A stretch of DNA of 64,000 nucleotides from Candidatus Enterousia sp. (GTDB taxonomy: Bacteria > Pseudomonadota > Alphaproteobacteria > Rs-D84): positions 15,940 to 79,939 of the forward strand of contig JAZRLA010000002.1 of NCBI GenBank assembly GCA_045646605.1, in the 5' to 3' direction. Shown here piece by piece: positions 41,248 through 50,738 of the stretch; the stretch's first letter is position 1, and the number at the start of each line of letters is the position of its first letter. The position numbers and the translations under genes were made by a program. The notes under the pieces were generated by a model. The model was not told where the DNA came from, searched no databases, and saw only the letters and a list, made by a program, of their open reading frames with translations.

Positions 41248-42011
41248 GCATTTATCATTTTTTCCGTAAATATTATGACACCGTCTTCGGTAATTCCCAA
41301 TGTGTGTTCCCACTGGGCCGAAAGACCACCATCAACCGTGCGCGCCGTCCAACCATCTGCATCAATTTTGCATTCGGGTCGTCCCGTATTTATCATTGGT
41401 TCAATTGTAAATACCAAGCCCGGAACCATTTTTACGCGATCCCACATTTTATCATAAAAATGAAAAATTTGCGGATCGTCGTGCATAACCTTGCCAATGC
41501 CGTGTCCAACAAAATCGCGCGATATTGAAAAACCATGTGGTTTAACAACCGATTCAATGGTTTTTCCAATTTCGGAAAGTGGCACACCCGGGGCGCATAC
41601 TGCAATCGCCGCATTCAGCGCATCTTGGCACGTTTGCACCAATTCACGCGCACGTGGTGCAACATTTCCAATCATAAACATGCGCGACGCATCACCATGA
41701 AAACCTTTGTATTCTGCGGTTAAATCAACATTCACGATGTCACCGTCACGCAGAATAACATCATCACTTGGAATTCCATGCACAATAACATCATTTACCG
41801 ATGTACAAATACTTTTCGGATAACCTTGGTACCCTAAATCAGACGAACGGGCACCGTTTTCATGCAAGAAACCGGCAACAAGACGATCAATTTCGCCGGT
41901 TGAAATTCCGGCTTTGACGTGCGGTGTAATATAATCAAAACAGCGTGCAACCAAATCACCAACCACACGCAATCTTTTGAAATCCTTGGGTGCATACACA
42001 GATGACAACAT
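41244..42011 (-). CDS. map: Methionine aminopeptidase type I
   Basis: Metal ligands and pita-bread fold motifs (…VNDVIVHGIP…DIVNVDLT…GFHGD…HGIGK…EPMIN…EHT…). Confidence 0.9.
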   Translation of the reverse strand: MLSSVYAPKDFKRLRVVGDLVARCFDYITPHVKAGISTGEIDRLVAGFLHENGARSSDLGYQGYPKSICTSVNDVIVHGIPSDDVILRDGDIVNVDLTAEYKGFHGDASRMFMIGNVAPRARELVQTCQDALNAAIAVCAPGVPLSEIGKTIESVVKPHGFSISRDFVGHGIGKVMHDDPQIFHFYDKMWDRVKMVPGLVFTIEPMINTGRPECKIDADGWTARTVDGGLSAQWEHTLGITEDGVIIFTEKMINA

Positions 42012-42013
42012 AA

Positions 42014-43003
42014 TTAATTCCTTCGTTTAATAGACATTTTATAAGTTTTTAATACCAATTTTAACGCAAAATCACGCAATAAAATTTCCGCCGGCATTCC
42101 GGTCGTACGCATTTGCGATTCAAGCTCGTTTAACCGAACCAAAACCGCGGTTATGTCGTCACCACGCCATATTTTGGTGGCAATGTTAAATTTATCCGCA
42201 ACCTTCCAAAAAAGTCGTGGCAATTGACCATCAACCACCGCGGTTAATAACGATTTGAAATGCCGATCCAGCATCCTTAGCAACATATTGGGTTCCGCAT
42301 TGTCGTACAGCAATCGATCAAGCGCGAGCATAGTTTGCTGGATATGCCCCGCGGTCAATGAATACAAAAAATCATCAGTATTTGCCGCACCAGTATCCGG
42401 CAGACATTTTTCGACATCTTCCAATTCAATTGTTTTTTTATCATCGACATATATTGCAATTTTATTCAAGAATCCGCGCGTAATTCCACGGTCACCCCCA
42501 AGGTGCGTTGTCATATAAACCATCGCATCGGGTGAAATCTGTTTGATTCCGGCATTTGTAAAAAGTTCATTTCGAATAAGGTTTTCAAGTGTTTTTGCAT
42601 CGTCACTATAACACGCAAGTGCCGCGATATTTGCGCCACCTTCAAACAGGGTGCGTAAAGAACCGCCCGAACGTAAATCACCCGCTGTCACGATAACCAT
42701 TGCATCAAGTGATGGATGTTCAACCAAATCGCGGATTGTTTTTGCATCGGAATCACCGGCGTTTGAAATAATAACCATTTTTCGTCCACCGAACATTGAT
42801 GGGGTGCATGCTTCGGCAAACAATGAATCTTGCTTGTCACGCAACTCATCAGAATCAAGTGCAAAAATATTATCTTTTTCAATGGATAAAATATTTATAG
42901 ATTTATCGCACAGTTCATCGACAAGTCCCGCATCCGGCCCATAAATTAATACACCGCGAATTGTAGAGATTCCCTTGGAAAAATCGGTTTCTTTCCATTT
43001 CAT
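42014..43003 (-). CDS. holA: DNA polymerase III delta subunit
   Basis: 329 aa, HolA-like; lptE-holA synteny. Confidence 0.75.
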   Translation of the reverse strand: MKWKETDFSKGISTIRGVLIYGPDAGLVDELCDKSINILSIEKDNIFALDSDELRDKQDSLFAEACTPSMFGGRKMVIISNAGDSDAKTIRDLVEHPSLDAMVIVTAGDLRSGGSLRTLFEGGANIAALACYSDDAKTLENLIRNELFTNAGIKQISPDAMVYMTTHLGGDRGITRGFLNKIAIYVDDKKTIELEDVEKCLPDTGAANTDDFLYSLTAGHIQQTMLALDRLLYDNAEPNMLLRMLDRHFKSLLTAVVDGQLPRLFWKVADKFNIATKIWRGDDITAVLVRLNELESQMRTTGMPAEILLRDFALKLVLKTYKMSIKRRN

Positions 43004-43470
43004 TTTTTTGCCATTTCGCGTTCGTGTTTTGAAACATCGGCAATCGCACGTGTTCCAATTTTGTCGGCCAAAACCGTAATGGTATTTGCAACCGCATCAT
43101 TGTATGACGCATTTGCCGCCACCAAATAGCGCACAAATGTATACGATTCTGATGCAGATTCGGTTCCGGTGGAAATAGTTTTGCCATTGTTGGTCAAAAC
43201 GTAACTTGCCGTAAGTTTTATTTCTTGCCACGTTGCGGCCCCCGTCGGTTCCAAAGCTTTGTACTTTGTTTGTGGTTCATTTAGTGTTATAGCTAGTTTA
43301 TATGGGGCGTTGCTTTCCTTTTGCCCCCCAAATTTTGTATTCAACGCATTGCGCAGTTCGATTCCGTTTATACCACTGATTACCGGAACATATATGTCGG
43401 TGTTTGATTCAGAAAACATCGGTGTAAACCCGCAACCGCAAAGAAGTAACAAACATAAATATTTTTTCAT
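43000..43470 (-). CDS. lptE: LPS-assembly lipoprotein LptE (probable)
   Basis: Lipobox LLLCGCGF. Size and position immediately upstream of holA. Confidence 0.55.
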   Translation of the reverse strand: MKKYLCLLLLCGCGFTPMFSESNTDIYVPVISGINGIELRNALNTKFGGQKESNAPYKLAITLNEPQTKYKALEPTGAATWQEIKLTASYVLTNNGKTISTGTESASESYTFVRYLVAANASYNDAVANTITVLADKIGTRAIADVSKHEREMAKK

Positions 43471-43563
43471 AGCGATATCACCATATTTAGAAAATAGACA
43501 GTTTTTTTTCTTGAATTTCATCCATATAATACCTAGACTTTTATTAAATCGCAAGAGGGAATC

Positions 43564-44838
43564 ATGAATATTTTTCTTATAATGCTTATATCTCTATTCA
43601 TGGCGGGGTATTACATGTTTTTTGCCCCAAATACACGCGTTTTGGAACATGAAACCGATAGGGCTATAATTGTTTCTGATTTGCGTTCAATTGCCGAATG
43701 TGCATTGGCCGTGCATAATGCGGAAATCACCGGAAACACATTTGACGATATATGTGTCGAGCAAAATCAAATAAAAACCGAACGGATGTGCTTTGATTCC
43801 CGACTTTCTATTGCGGATTGTTCTTCGAATGGCACACGTCGCCCAAGTTACAGTTTTATTGTAACAACAACCGGCGCATTGGATATATCGGATTATAACG
43901 CAATGATGGAAATTTTGGAAAAGAATTTTTCTACTACTGGGACTTTTGGAATCTATCAAAACGGTATGGTTATGGTTGCCGGAACCAATGCCAAAGAAGT
44001 TTTACCGAAATCAATGGTTGATAAATTATCATTGGGAAACGGTCAACTTGTTTATATGACCAATTACGATGTTCCTGACCCGGATCGTGTGTTCAGTGAA
44101 CCTGGGGTTGAAAATGTTACGTGCCCATCGGGAACGCAAAAGGTTTTTCGTTTTGGACGTTGGCAATGTGCAAATTACAATATAAAGACAAGTTGTGGCG
44201 GTGATCAGGTATGGGATTCTTCGATTATGGAATGTGTCCCTGACGAATCGCGTCGGCCTTTGTGTGCCGGTGTACAAACCGCGGTTATGGTTGATGGGGT
44301 TTGGGAATGTGTTGCACCGTTTGGTGAATATAAATGCCCCGGAAATCAACTTGCACGTATGAATTACGAAACATTGCAATGGGAATGTGTCGATAATTCG
44401 ACCAAGACTGATATGACTAAACGTGGAAAATGCACAATGCCACCCCCCCAGGTCGTTCGTGGACGCGGTGGTGCATCGTTGCGCGTTGTTGCAAACGATT
44501 GTACGGATTGTGAAAAGGCAATTACAAATGAAGAAAATTGCACTGTTACATGTGTTCCGGATCCGGCAAAATTATCCCTAAGTGCGTGTTATCACGGGCG
44601 GGTAAACGATTGTCGTGGATCGTCCAAGGCTTTTTATTTCGGCTTTCCTGATGAGGATTATGCTGAAAAGGCTGGGGTCGTTTCGGTAAAATCAATTCCT
44701 TTTGATAAAACACATTCGCGCAACAGAAGATTTAATTGTCTTGATTGTGGCAAGGAAGATATAGATCTTTCGCTTTCTGTGTATCCCTATGTTGCTGTGT
44801 GTAAACATCATGGGGACACCAAGATGGATGAATATTAA
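43564..44838 (+). CDS. Membrane-anchored Cys-rich hypothetical protein (424 aa)
   Basis: N-terminal TM helix (IFLIMLISLFMAGYYMFF). About 30 Cys in the extracytoplasmic part. Confidence 0.5.
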   Translation: MNIFLIMLISLFMAGYYMFFAPNTRVLEHETDRAIIVSDLRSIAECALAVHNAEITGNTFDDICVEQNQIKTERMCFDSRLSIADCSSNGTRRPSYSFIVTTTGALDISDYNAMMEILEKNFSTTGTFGIYQNGMVMVAGTNAKEVLPKSMVDKLSLGNGQLVYMTNYDVPDPDRVFSEPGVENVTCPSGTQKVFRFGRWQCANYNIKTSCGGDQVWDSSIMECVPDESRRPLCAGVQTAVMVDGVWECVAPFGEYKCPGNQLARMNYETLQWECVDNSTKTDMTKRGKCTMPPPQVVRGRGGASLRVVANDCTDCEKAITNEENCTVTCVPDPAKLSLSACYHGRVNDCRGSSKAFYFGFPDEDYAEKAGVVSVKSIPFDKTHSRNRRFNCLDCGKEDIDLSLSVYPYVAVCKHHGDTKMDEY

Positions 44839-44909
44839 TCACATAGTTCTTTGATTTAATTCATGAAAAAGCAACCGGTTGTTTTTTGACGGTGTGTATT
44901 TTCTATATA

Positions 44910-45175
44910 TAGATGCTTTTGTGTGTTTTGCGACTATATTTTGTATTTTTGTAAAAATACGAATCGATTTCGAATCGTTTTTGTTTATTTTCTTGACACA
45001 AAACATGCTTTGGTGTTCAAATTGTGTTATGATATTGTTCCTGAACACCGCAGAAAACCCGCATTTTTAAATGTCCAGTAAAAAAATAAAAAAAATTTCA
45101 TTTTATTGGTTGTATTAAAATCGAAAAAACTATATATTGATGCTGAAACAACGTAAACGACACAAGATATTGTGT
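44910..45175 (+). promoter_or_regulatory. nrdD upstream region with NrdR-box-like palindromes
   Basis: ACACAAGATATTGTGT at 45160-45175 matches the NrdR box consensus (acaCwAtATaTwGtgt). A TATATAT-centred partial box lies about 31 bp upstream, and TCTATATATAGA at ~44912. Confidence 0.4.
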
Positions 45176-45200
45176 TTTTTGACAAAATTGGAGTTTAATA

Positions 45201-47243
45201 ATGTCTGGGACCAAAAAAGAGGTTAAAATGCAGATTGCGCCGACATTTATATGCAATGTCATGAGTGTGAAAAAGCGCTCTGGCGAAACGGTTGCGTTTG
45301 AATCAAAAAAAATTTACAACGCTATTAAAAAGGCGGCAATGGCCACAAATGAAATTTCTGATGAAACGGTTGTCCAAATCACAAATGAAGTTTTGAAAGA
45401 TTTGGACAATAATTTTATGGCGCGCACCCCATCGGTCGAAGAAATCCAAGATACGGTGATTCGCAAACTGATGGATGCACACGCGTACAAAACCGCAGAG
45501 GCATATATTATATATCGCCAAAAACATTCTGAAATTCGCAACGCTAATGTTGATGCGATTGATATAATTGAAAGTTATGTCGGCGGTTCGAATTGGCGTA
45601 TCAAGGAAAATGCAAATATTGGTTATTCCATTGGCGGACTTATCTTGCGGACCAGTGAACGCGTAACGGCCGAATATTGGTTGAATATGTTTCCGGCGGA
45701 AATTGCCGATGCACATCGCAGTGCGGCAATTCATATCCACGACCTTGGGTGGTTGACGGGATATTGCGCTGGTTGGTCGCTTCGCGAATTATTGTACGAA
45801 GGTTTCAACGGTGTTCCGGGTTATCTGCAATGTGAACCGGCCAAACATATGGCCACCGCAATTTCACATATGGTAAATTTCCTTGGCACGTTGCAAAACG
45901 AATTTGCCGGGGCCCAGGCATTTTCCTCGGTTGATACATATCTTGCACCGTATGTCCGTGTGGACAATATGTCCTATGCCGATGTAAAAAACGCGATGCA
46001 GACATTGGTATTCAATTGCGCCGTGCCGTGCCGTTGGGGAACACAAACGCCGTTTATCAACTTTACATTTGATTGGACATGCCCCGAAGACCTGAAACCG
46101 CAACGTCCGTTTATTGGTAAAAAGCAAGTTGACTTTACATACGGCGATTTGCAAAACGAAATGGACATGATAAACCGCGCATTTATAGAGGTCATGACCG
46201 AAGGCGATGCCCAGGGGCGTCCGTTTACTTTCCCGATTCCGACATACAATATCACGAACGATTTTCCGTGGGATCATCCAAACGTTAAACCTCTGTTTGA
46301 TTTGGCGGCAAAATACGGAATTCCGAATTTTCAGAATTTCTTGAATTCTGATTTGAACCCAACGGACGTTCGTTCTATGTGCTGTCGCTTGCGCCTTGAT
46401 GTGCGTGAATTGCTGAAACGTGGTGGGGGCCTGTTCGGTTCCGCGGAAAAGACCGGATCAATCGGCGTCGTCACAATGAACCTTGCACGGCTTGGGTATA
46501 TGCACAAGGGCGACCGTGATGGATTGTTCCGCGACCTTGAACGGCTAATGAATATGGGACGTGAAGTTTTGGAAATCAAACGCCGTGTCATCACAAAGCA
46601 CATGGAAAATGGGCTCTATCCATTTACGCGTCGTTACCTTGGCAATTGGAATCATCACTTTTCCACAATTGGTGTGAACGGTGCGAACGAAATGGTTTTA
46701 AACTTTACGGATGGCAAAGAAAACATCGCAACCCCGTATGGTAAAAAATTGGTTTTGGACTTGATGGACTTTATGCGCGAAAAACTCGTAAAGTTCCAAG
46801 AAGAAACCGGAAACCTTTATAATTTGGAGGCTACGCCGGCCGAAGGTTGTTCGTATCGTTTCGCAAAGACCGATGTCAAAAATTTCCCGGATATCATTAC
46901 CGCCGGCACGCGTGAGGCACCGTATTACACAAACTCCACACAATTACCAGTGAACTTTACCGATGACCCGTTTGTCGCATTGGAACACCAGGAAGAATTG
47001 CAACGCAAATATACCGGTGGCACAATGTTACACCTTTATATGGGCGAACCGGTATCCAGTGGTGAAGCGGCACAGAAAATCGTGCGCACGATATTCGAAA
47101 ACTACAAGATTCCGTACATGACACTTACCCCGACATTTTCAATATGTCCAAAACACGGGTATCTGCCTGGCCGGCATGAATTTTGCCCAAAGTGCGACGC
47201 CGAACTTGGCATAACGCCAGACGACGTGTCGAACAAGGCATAA
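45201..47243 (+). CDS. nrdD: Anaerobic ribonucleoside-triphosphate reductase catalytic subunit, lacking the C-terminal glycyl-radical segment
   Basis: N-terminal ATP-cone (…KIYNAIKKAAMA…). NrdD core. C-terminal Cys-x2-His…Cys-x2-Cys zinc site (SICPKH…FCPKCD). The ORF stops 9 codons after the zinc site without an RxxGY motif. Confidence 0.85.
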   Translation: MSGTKKEVKMQIAPTFICNVMSVKKRSGETVAFESKKIYNAIKKAAMATNEISDETVVQITNEVLKDLDNNFMARTPSVEEIQDTVIRKLMDAHAYKTAEAYIIYRQKHSEIRNANVDAIDIIESYVGGSNWRIKENANIGYSIGGLILRTSERVTAEYWLNMFPAEIADAHRSAAIHIHDLGWLTGYCAGWSLRELLYEGFNGVPGYLQCEPAKHMATAISHMVNFLGTLQNEFAGAQAFSSVDTYLAPYVRVDNMSYADVKNAMQTLVFNCAVPCRWGTQTPFINFTFDWTCPEDLKPQRPFIGKKQVDFTYGDLQNEMDMINRAFIEVMTEGDAQGRPFTFPIPTYNITNDFPWDHPNVKPLFDLAAKYGIPNFQNFLNSDLNPTDVRSMCCRLRLDVRELLKRGGGLFGSAEKTGSIGVVTMNLARLGYMHKGDRDGLFRDLERLMNMGREVLEIKRRVITKHMENGLYPFTRRYLGNWNHHFSTIGVNGANEMVLNFTDGKENIATPYGKKLVLDLMDFMREKLVKFQEETGNLYNLEATPAEGCSYRFAKTDVKNFPDIITAGTREAPYYTNSTQLPVNFTDDPFVALEHQEELQRKYTGGTMLHLYMGEPVSSGEAAQKIVRTIFENYKIPYMTLTPTFSICPKHGYLPGRHEFCPKCDAELGITPDDVSNKA

Positions 47244-47288
47244 AAACAAGAACTAACAAAAGCAATACAAAAAAGAAAGGAGAGAAAC

Positions 47289-47474
47289 ATGATTGCTAAC
47301 CAACAACAAAGAACACCTTGCGAAGTATTTTCACGCAGCATGGGATTTATTCGCCCGACAAAAAATTTCAACATCGGGAAATATTCTGAATTCTGCGAAC
47401 GCAAGACGTTCACCGAATGCAATTGTTTGACGACCGGCGCACGGCACGTCGAATTGATGAAGAAAGCCGCGTAA
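47289..47474 (+). CDS. Stand-alone NrdD-type glycyl-radical domain protein (61 aa)
   Basis: …SRSMGFIRPTKNFNIGKYSEFCERKTF… matches the NrdD C-terminal glycyl-radical region (RxxGY…NxGKxxExxER). Own RBS (AAAGGAGAG) 45 nt after the nrdD stop. Ends 2 nt before nrdG. Confidence 0.6.
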   Translation: MIANQQQRTPCEVFSRSMGFIRPTKNFNIGKYSEFCERKTFTECNCLTTGARHVELMKKAA

Positions 47475-47476
47475 AG

Positions 47477-48178
47477 ATGAATACTGTTCAGATTGGCGGG
47501 TTGGTATCGTTCACAACGATTGACTTCCCGGGCAAATTGGCGGCGGTTTTGTTCTTGGTCGGTTGCCCATTGCGTTGTGCGTATTGTTCCAACCCGCATC
47601 TGATTGATGTCGCCCCCGGTGAATACGATGCGGATAAAGTTTTGGATTGGTTGCGGTCCCGCGTCGGAAAGCTGGAGGGCGTCGTTTTTTCCGGTGGCGA
47701 AGCATTGATGCAGGGCGACGCCACAATCGACTATATGCGGCGCGTGCGCGATTTGGGGTTTGCAATCGGCCTGCACACAAATGGGTTTTATCCCGAAAGA
47801 TTGGCCGCGGCCGCGGATTTAATTGATTGGATTGGTATTGATTACAAGGCAACCAAAACAAATTACGAAAAACTTACCGGCATAAATATCGCATACGACC
47901 GGTTGCTGCAAAGTTTGGACGTGTGGTCGAAAACCGGCAAACCGGCGGAGGTTCGCGTCACTTGTGACCCGCGATATGTCACGCCGGACGATTTGTTAGA
48001 AATTGCGCGTGATGTGTCGGCGCGCGGATTCAAAAACTTTGCGGTGCAAAAATATATTCCACACTTTGAAGATGACGAACATAAGACAACGCCCGCAATG
48101 CGTGGCGCATTTTTTACCGACGACAAATTACGTAATGAAATAAATTCCATGTTCGAAACCGTCATTTGGCGGGAATAG
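47477..48178 (+). CDS. nrdG: Anaerobic ribonucleotide reductase activating protein (radical SAM)
   Basis: GCPLRCAYCSNP CxxxCxxC motif; 233 aa from the ATG at 47477. Confidence 0.8.
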   Translation: MNTVQIGGLVSFTTIDFPGKLAAVLFLVGCPLRCAYCSNPHLIDVAPGEYDADKVLDWLRSRVGKLEGVVFSGGEALMQGDATIDYMRRVRDLGFAIGLHTNGFYPERLAAAADLIDWIGIDYKATKTNYEKLTGINIAYDRLLQSLDVWSKTGKPAEVRVTCDPRYVTPDDLLEIARDVSARGFKNFAVQKYIPHFEDDEHKTTPAMRGAFFTDDKLRNEINSMFETVIWRE

Positions 48179-48312
48179 GGCAAATAGTGGTTAGTCCGTC
48201 ACGACCGCGACGCGGCGTGCCGCGACGGGTGTAAGTGGTTAATGATTAGTGGGAAGTAAACCCCGCCCTTGCGGCGGGGTCGATGCGACCGAGCGTATGC
48301 AACGGTCAAATC

Positions 48313-48350
48313 GGGGGCGGGTTGATTATATTATTTTTTTACCCGCCCCC
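48313..48350. terminator. Bidirectional terminator hairpin
   Basis: GGGGGCGGGT…TTATTTTTTT…ACCCGCCCCC. A 10-bp GC stem with an A/T-rich loop, between convergent nrdG (+) and 48376..49185 (-). Preceded by a CCCCGCC-CTTGC-GGCGGGG hairpin and GTGGTTAGT motifs. Confidence 0.55.
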
Positions 48351-48375
48351 GCATCCAAAAAAAGATATTGTTAAA

Positions 48376-49185
48376 CTAAAAACATTTACTATGGCAACTG
48401 TAAAGTGTCATCGGTGGCAATGTGGCAAGGACGGTTGTTGCAAAAAGTTTTCCTTGTTCGGGATTGTCTTTCAAACATTTCTGTAAAGCCGGGTTTTCGT
48501 ATAATACATTGGCGGTCACTGCAACCGTAAATGTTTCTTTGGCATCTTTACCGGGAATTGTTTCCAATGTTCCGTCGCAACATAATTCTTTACAACGTTT
48601 GCGTATATCAGCGGTTGTAAAGATATTTTGCGAACCGGTTTCACTTAAAACCGGGATAAGGTAATTTTTATCACAATTGCCCAATGCGGAATACCCGTCT
48701 TTTTGTTTTTCCAATATCGCGCCTTCCCAATTAAAATTATATAAATTATGCAGGACAAAGCAATCTGTATCCTTGGTCCAACATTTACCTTCGTGAAAGT
48801 TTTTATCCGTATCGATGCATACGCAACTTTTGCCATCCCATTTTGCAATATCTTTGTGCTTTTCGCAATCTGCTTGGACCTCGGCAAGTGTTTTTACTTT
48901 TTCTTGTCGCCGCAAAAGTTCATTTTTTGCCGACGTGATTTGTGCATCCATTTCATTATTTTTATTTTTTAATGCAATGTTCCCAACGACACCTGCCGCG
49001 GTAAGTCCAAGTGTTGAAATTCCCGCAACTTTGAATCCGGTGACTTTTTTTGTACATTGCTCTAATGTTGCAAGTTTTTGATTTTTTTCATCCACCAATT
49101 GCCTAATCAGTGTTTCATCGCTAACCGCATTTACATTATCAATCATACCAAACATCGCAATTATAATATAAGAAATTTTCCGCAT
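48376..49185 (-). CDS. Secreted protein with a C-terminal Cys-rich domain (269 aa)
   Basis: Signal peptide. N-terminal module paralogous to 49197..49568 (coiled segment, then the Gly-rich hydrophobic stretch VAGISTLGLTAAGVVGNIAL). About 16 Cys in the C-terminal half. Confidence 0.55.
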   Translation of the reverse strand: MRKISYIIIAMFGMIDNVNAVSDETLIRQLVDEKNQKLATLEQCTKKVTGFKVAGISTLGLTAAGVVGNIALKNKNNEMDAQITSAKNELLRRQEKVKTLAEVQADCEKHKDIAKWDGKSCVCIDTDKNFHEGKCWTKDTDCFVLHNLYNFNWEGAILEKQKDGYSALGNCDKNYLIPVLSETGSQNIFTTADIRKRCKELCCDGTLETIPGKDAKETFTVAVTANVLYENPALQKCLKDNPEQGKLFATTVLATLPPMTLYSCHSKCF

Positions 49186-49196
49186 GTTTATATCCC

Positions 49197-49568
49197 TTAT
49201 TTTGAAATGTGTTCGGCCGCATCCGTCGCCGTGGTTGTGGCATTGACTTGGTTTTTTAATTCGTTGAATTCCGCCTTTTTATCAGACAAAGTATTCGCCT
49301 GTTTTATTGCGGCGACACCGGTTCCAACGATTCCAATACCGCCAATGACCGTGGCGGCAATCCAAGATTTGCGTTGCTGTTCACAAAGGGCGATATCATT
49401 GTCAATCGTTGCAATGTCTTCGCGCAGTGTCGCGATAATTTCGCTGGGGCTCATGCCGGCGGCATTTGTTACATAATTATCAACCGCTTTTGGATTATGA
49501 TGCTTAACGGCGGCGGTGGCCCCATTACAAACCATCACCATAAATAAAATAAATAAAGTTTTTTTCAT
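49197..49568 (-). CDS. Secreted hypothetical protein (123 aa), paralogous to the N-terminus of 48376..49185
   Basis: Signal peptide MKKTLFILFMVMVCNGATA; …IAATVIGGIGIVGTGVAAIKQ… segment. Confidence 0.55.
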   Translation of the reverse strand: MKKTLFILFMVMVCNGATAAVKHHNPKAVDNYVTNAAGMSPSEIIATLREDIATIDNDIALCEQQRKSWIAATVIGGIGIVGTGVAAIKQANTLSDKKAEFNELKNQVNATTTATDAAEHISK

Positions 49569-49934
49569 GATTTTTCCTTTGCTATAAAAATACCGCCTGG
49601 GAAATCAAGCGGTCAGGGTGTTCGTAAATCAAATCCGTAATGATTCCTGTGGCCTTTTTTTATATACGCCCCAGGCACCCCGACCAACAACCGGGGTAAA
49701 TCAGAATGACGGCACAAAATATCGGAAATTTTGCGGATTACGACATAATGTGCCGACGGATTTAGGCCTACGACAGCCCAGAGCCAGGTTCCCACCTGAT
49801 TCAAGTATAATTATACCAAAAAACAGATTAAATGTAAAGCAACATATACCCAAACAATAAAAATGCGGGGCATTGCCCCGCGCACTAACCCTTGTCCCAC
49901 GAAGCCTTGGCGAAGTGGGAACGCCTTACCACTT

Positions 49935-50108
49935 TTAGTGTGGCATTTTCGCCTCGGTCATTTTGACATGCTTGCGCAATTTCGGGTCGTATTTACGACG
50001 GCTAACCTTGCCCGTGGCGGTTTTGGTGTTTTTTACCACCGTATAGAAATAACCGGTTTCCTTGTTTTCCAGTTTGATGATTTCTTTGCTACCTTTTTTA
50101 GATGCCAT
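49935..50108 (-). CDS. rpmG: 50S ribosomal protein L33
   Basis: 57-aa ORF MASKKGSKEIIKLENKETGYFYTVVKNTKTATGKVSRRKYDPKLRKHVKMTEAKMPH, absent from the ORF track because it is <60 aa. L33 pattern (GxxYxTxKN…Kxxxx(K/R)KYDP…RKHV…E(A/T)K). Confidence 0.8.
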   Translation of the reverse strand: MASKKGSKEIIKLENKETGYFYTVVKNTKTATGKVSRRKYDPKLRKHVKMTEAKMPH

Positions 50109-50196
50109 TTTATTCGCCTTTTATTTACGTTGCGTCAAATCATAGGTTATTTTTTACTGGAAATCAAGTATTTTTTATCATAACATATTTTGCGCG

Positions 50197-50281
<85 letters not shown>

Positions 50282-50374
50282 CCAAATTTTCAAGCGCGCT
50301 TTGCAAGCGTTGAAAATTTGAGTGCCGCGGCGGAGTTCGCAAAGCGAACGAAGACGAGCAAAATTCCAGATACT

Positions 50375-50485
50375 TTAATACATCGGATAATCGCGCAGCG
50401 GCCCATTCGGCCGTGACAGGTCAGATTTAACCCCGCACGCACACAGCACAAACGCACACAACAAAATTAAAACAATTTTTTTCAT
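50375..50485 (-). CDS. Very small hydrophobic ORF (36 aa), possible secreted peptide or lipoprotein
   Basis: MKKIVLILLCAFVLCACGVKSDLSRPNGPLRDYPMY. Signal-like N-terminus with a weak lipobox. Low confidence. Confidence 0.2.
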   Translation of the reverse strand: MKKIVLILLCAFVLCACGVKSDLSRPNGPLRDYPMY

Positions 50486-50589
50486 AATTCACCATTAAAC
50501 GACACTTTATAATACATAAAAAACACCGAAATGTCTATTGTTTTATGTTGTCTACTTTTGGGATACACTTCATTGTGTGTTAAGGACAA

Positions 50590-50712
50590 GTCTCGCTGCA
50601 GCGTAAGCGAAAGTGGATGGCAGGGCCACTCAAGCAATTCACGAGTTGATTTTATTCGTGAATTGTTAATATTCGGAAAAGATATTAAAGTGTTTTTGAA
50701 TAACTATATTTA
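50590..50712. repeat. Island structured repeat, copy C1 (variant 5' hairpin, att-like core and module 2)
   Basis: …TCGCTGCAGCGTAAGCGA…TGGCAGGGCCACTCAAGCAATTCACGAGTTGATTTTATTCGTGAATTGTTAATATTCGGAAAAGATATTAAAGTGTTTTTGAATA. Confidence 0.6.
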
Positions 50713-50738
50713 ACCACCTGTTATGTAATAACTTTGTT

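Noticed and set aside
49863-50183. 106-aa plus-strand ORF
   Set aside because: Antisense to rpmG (ribosomal protein L33, 49935..50108, minus strand), which has the convincing translation.
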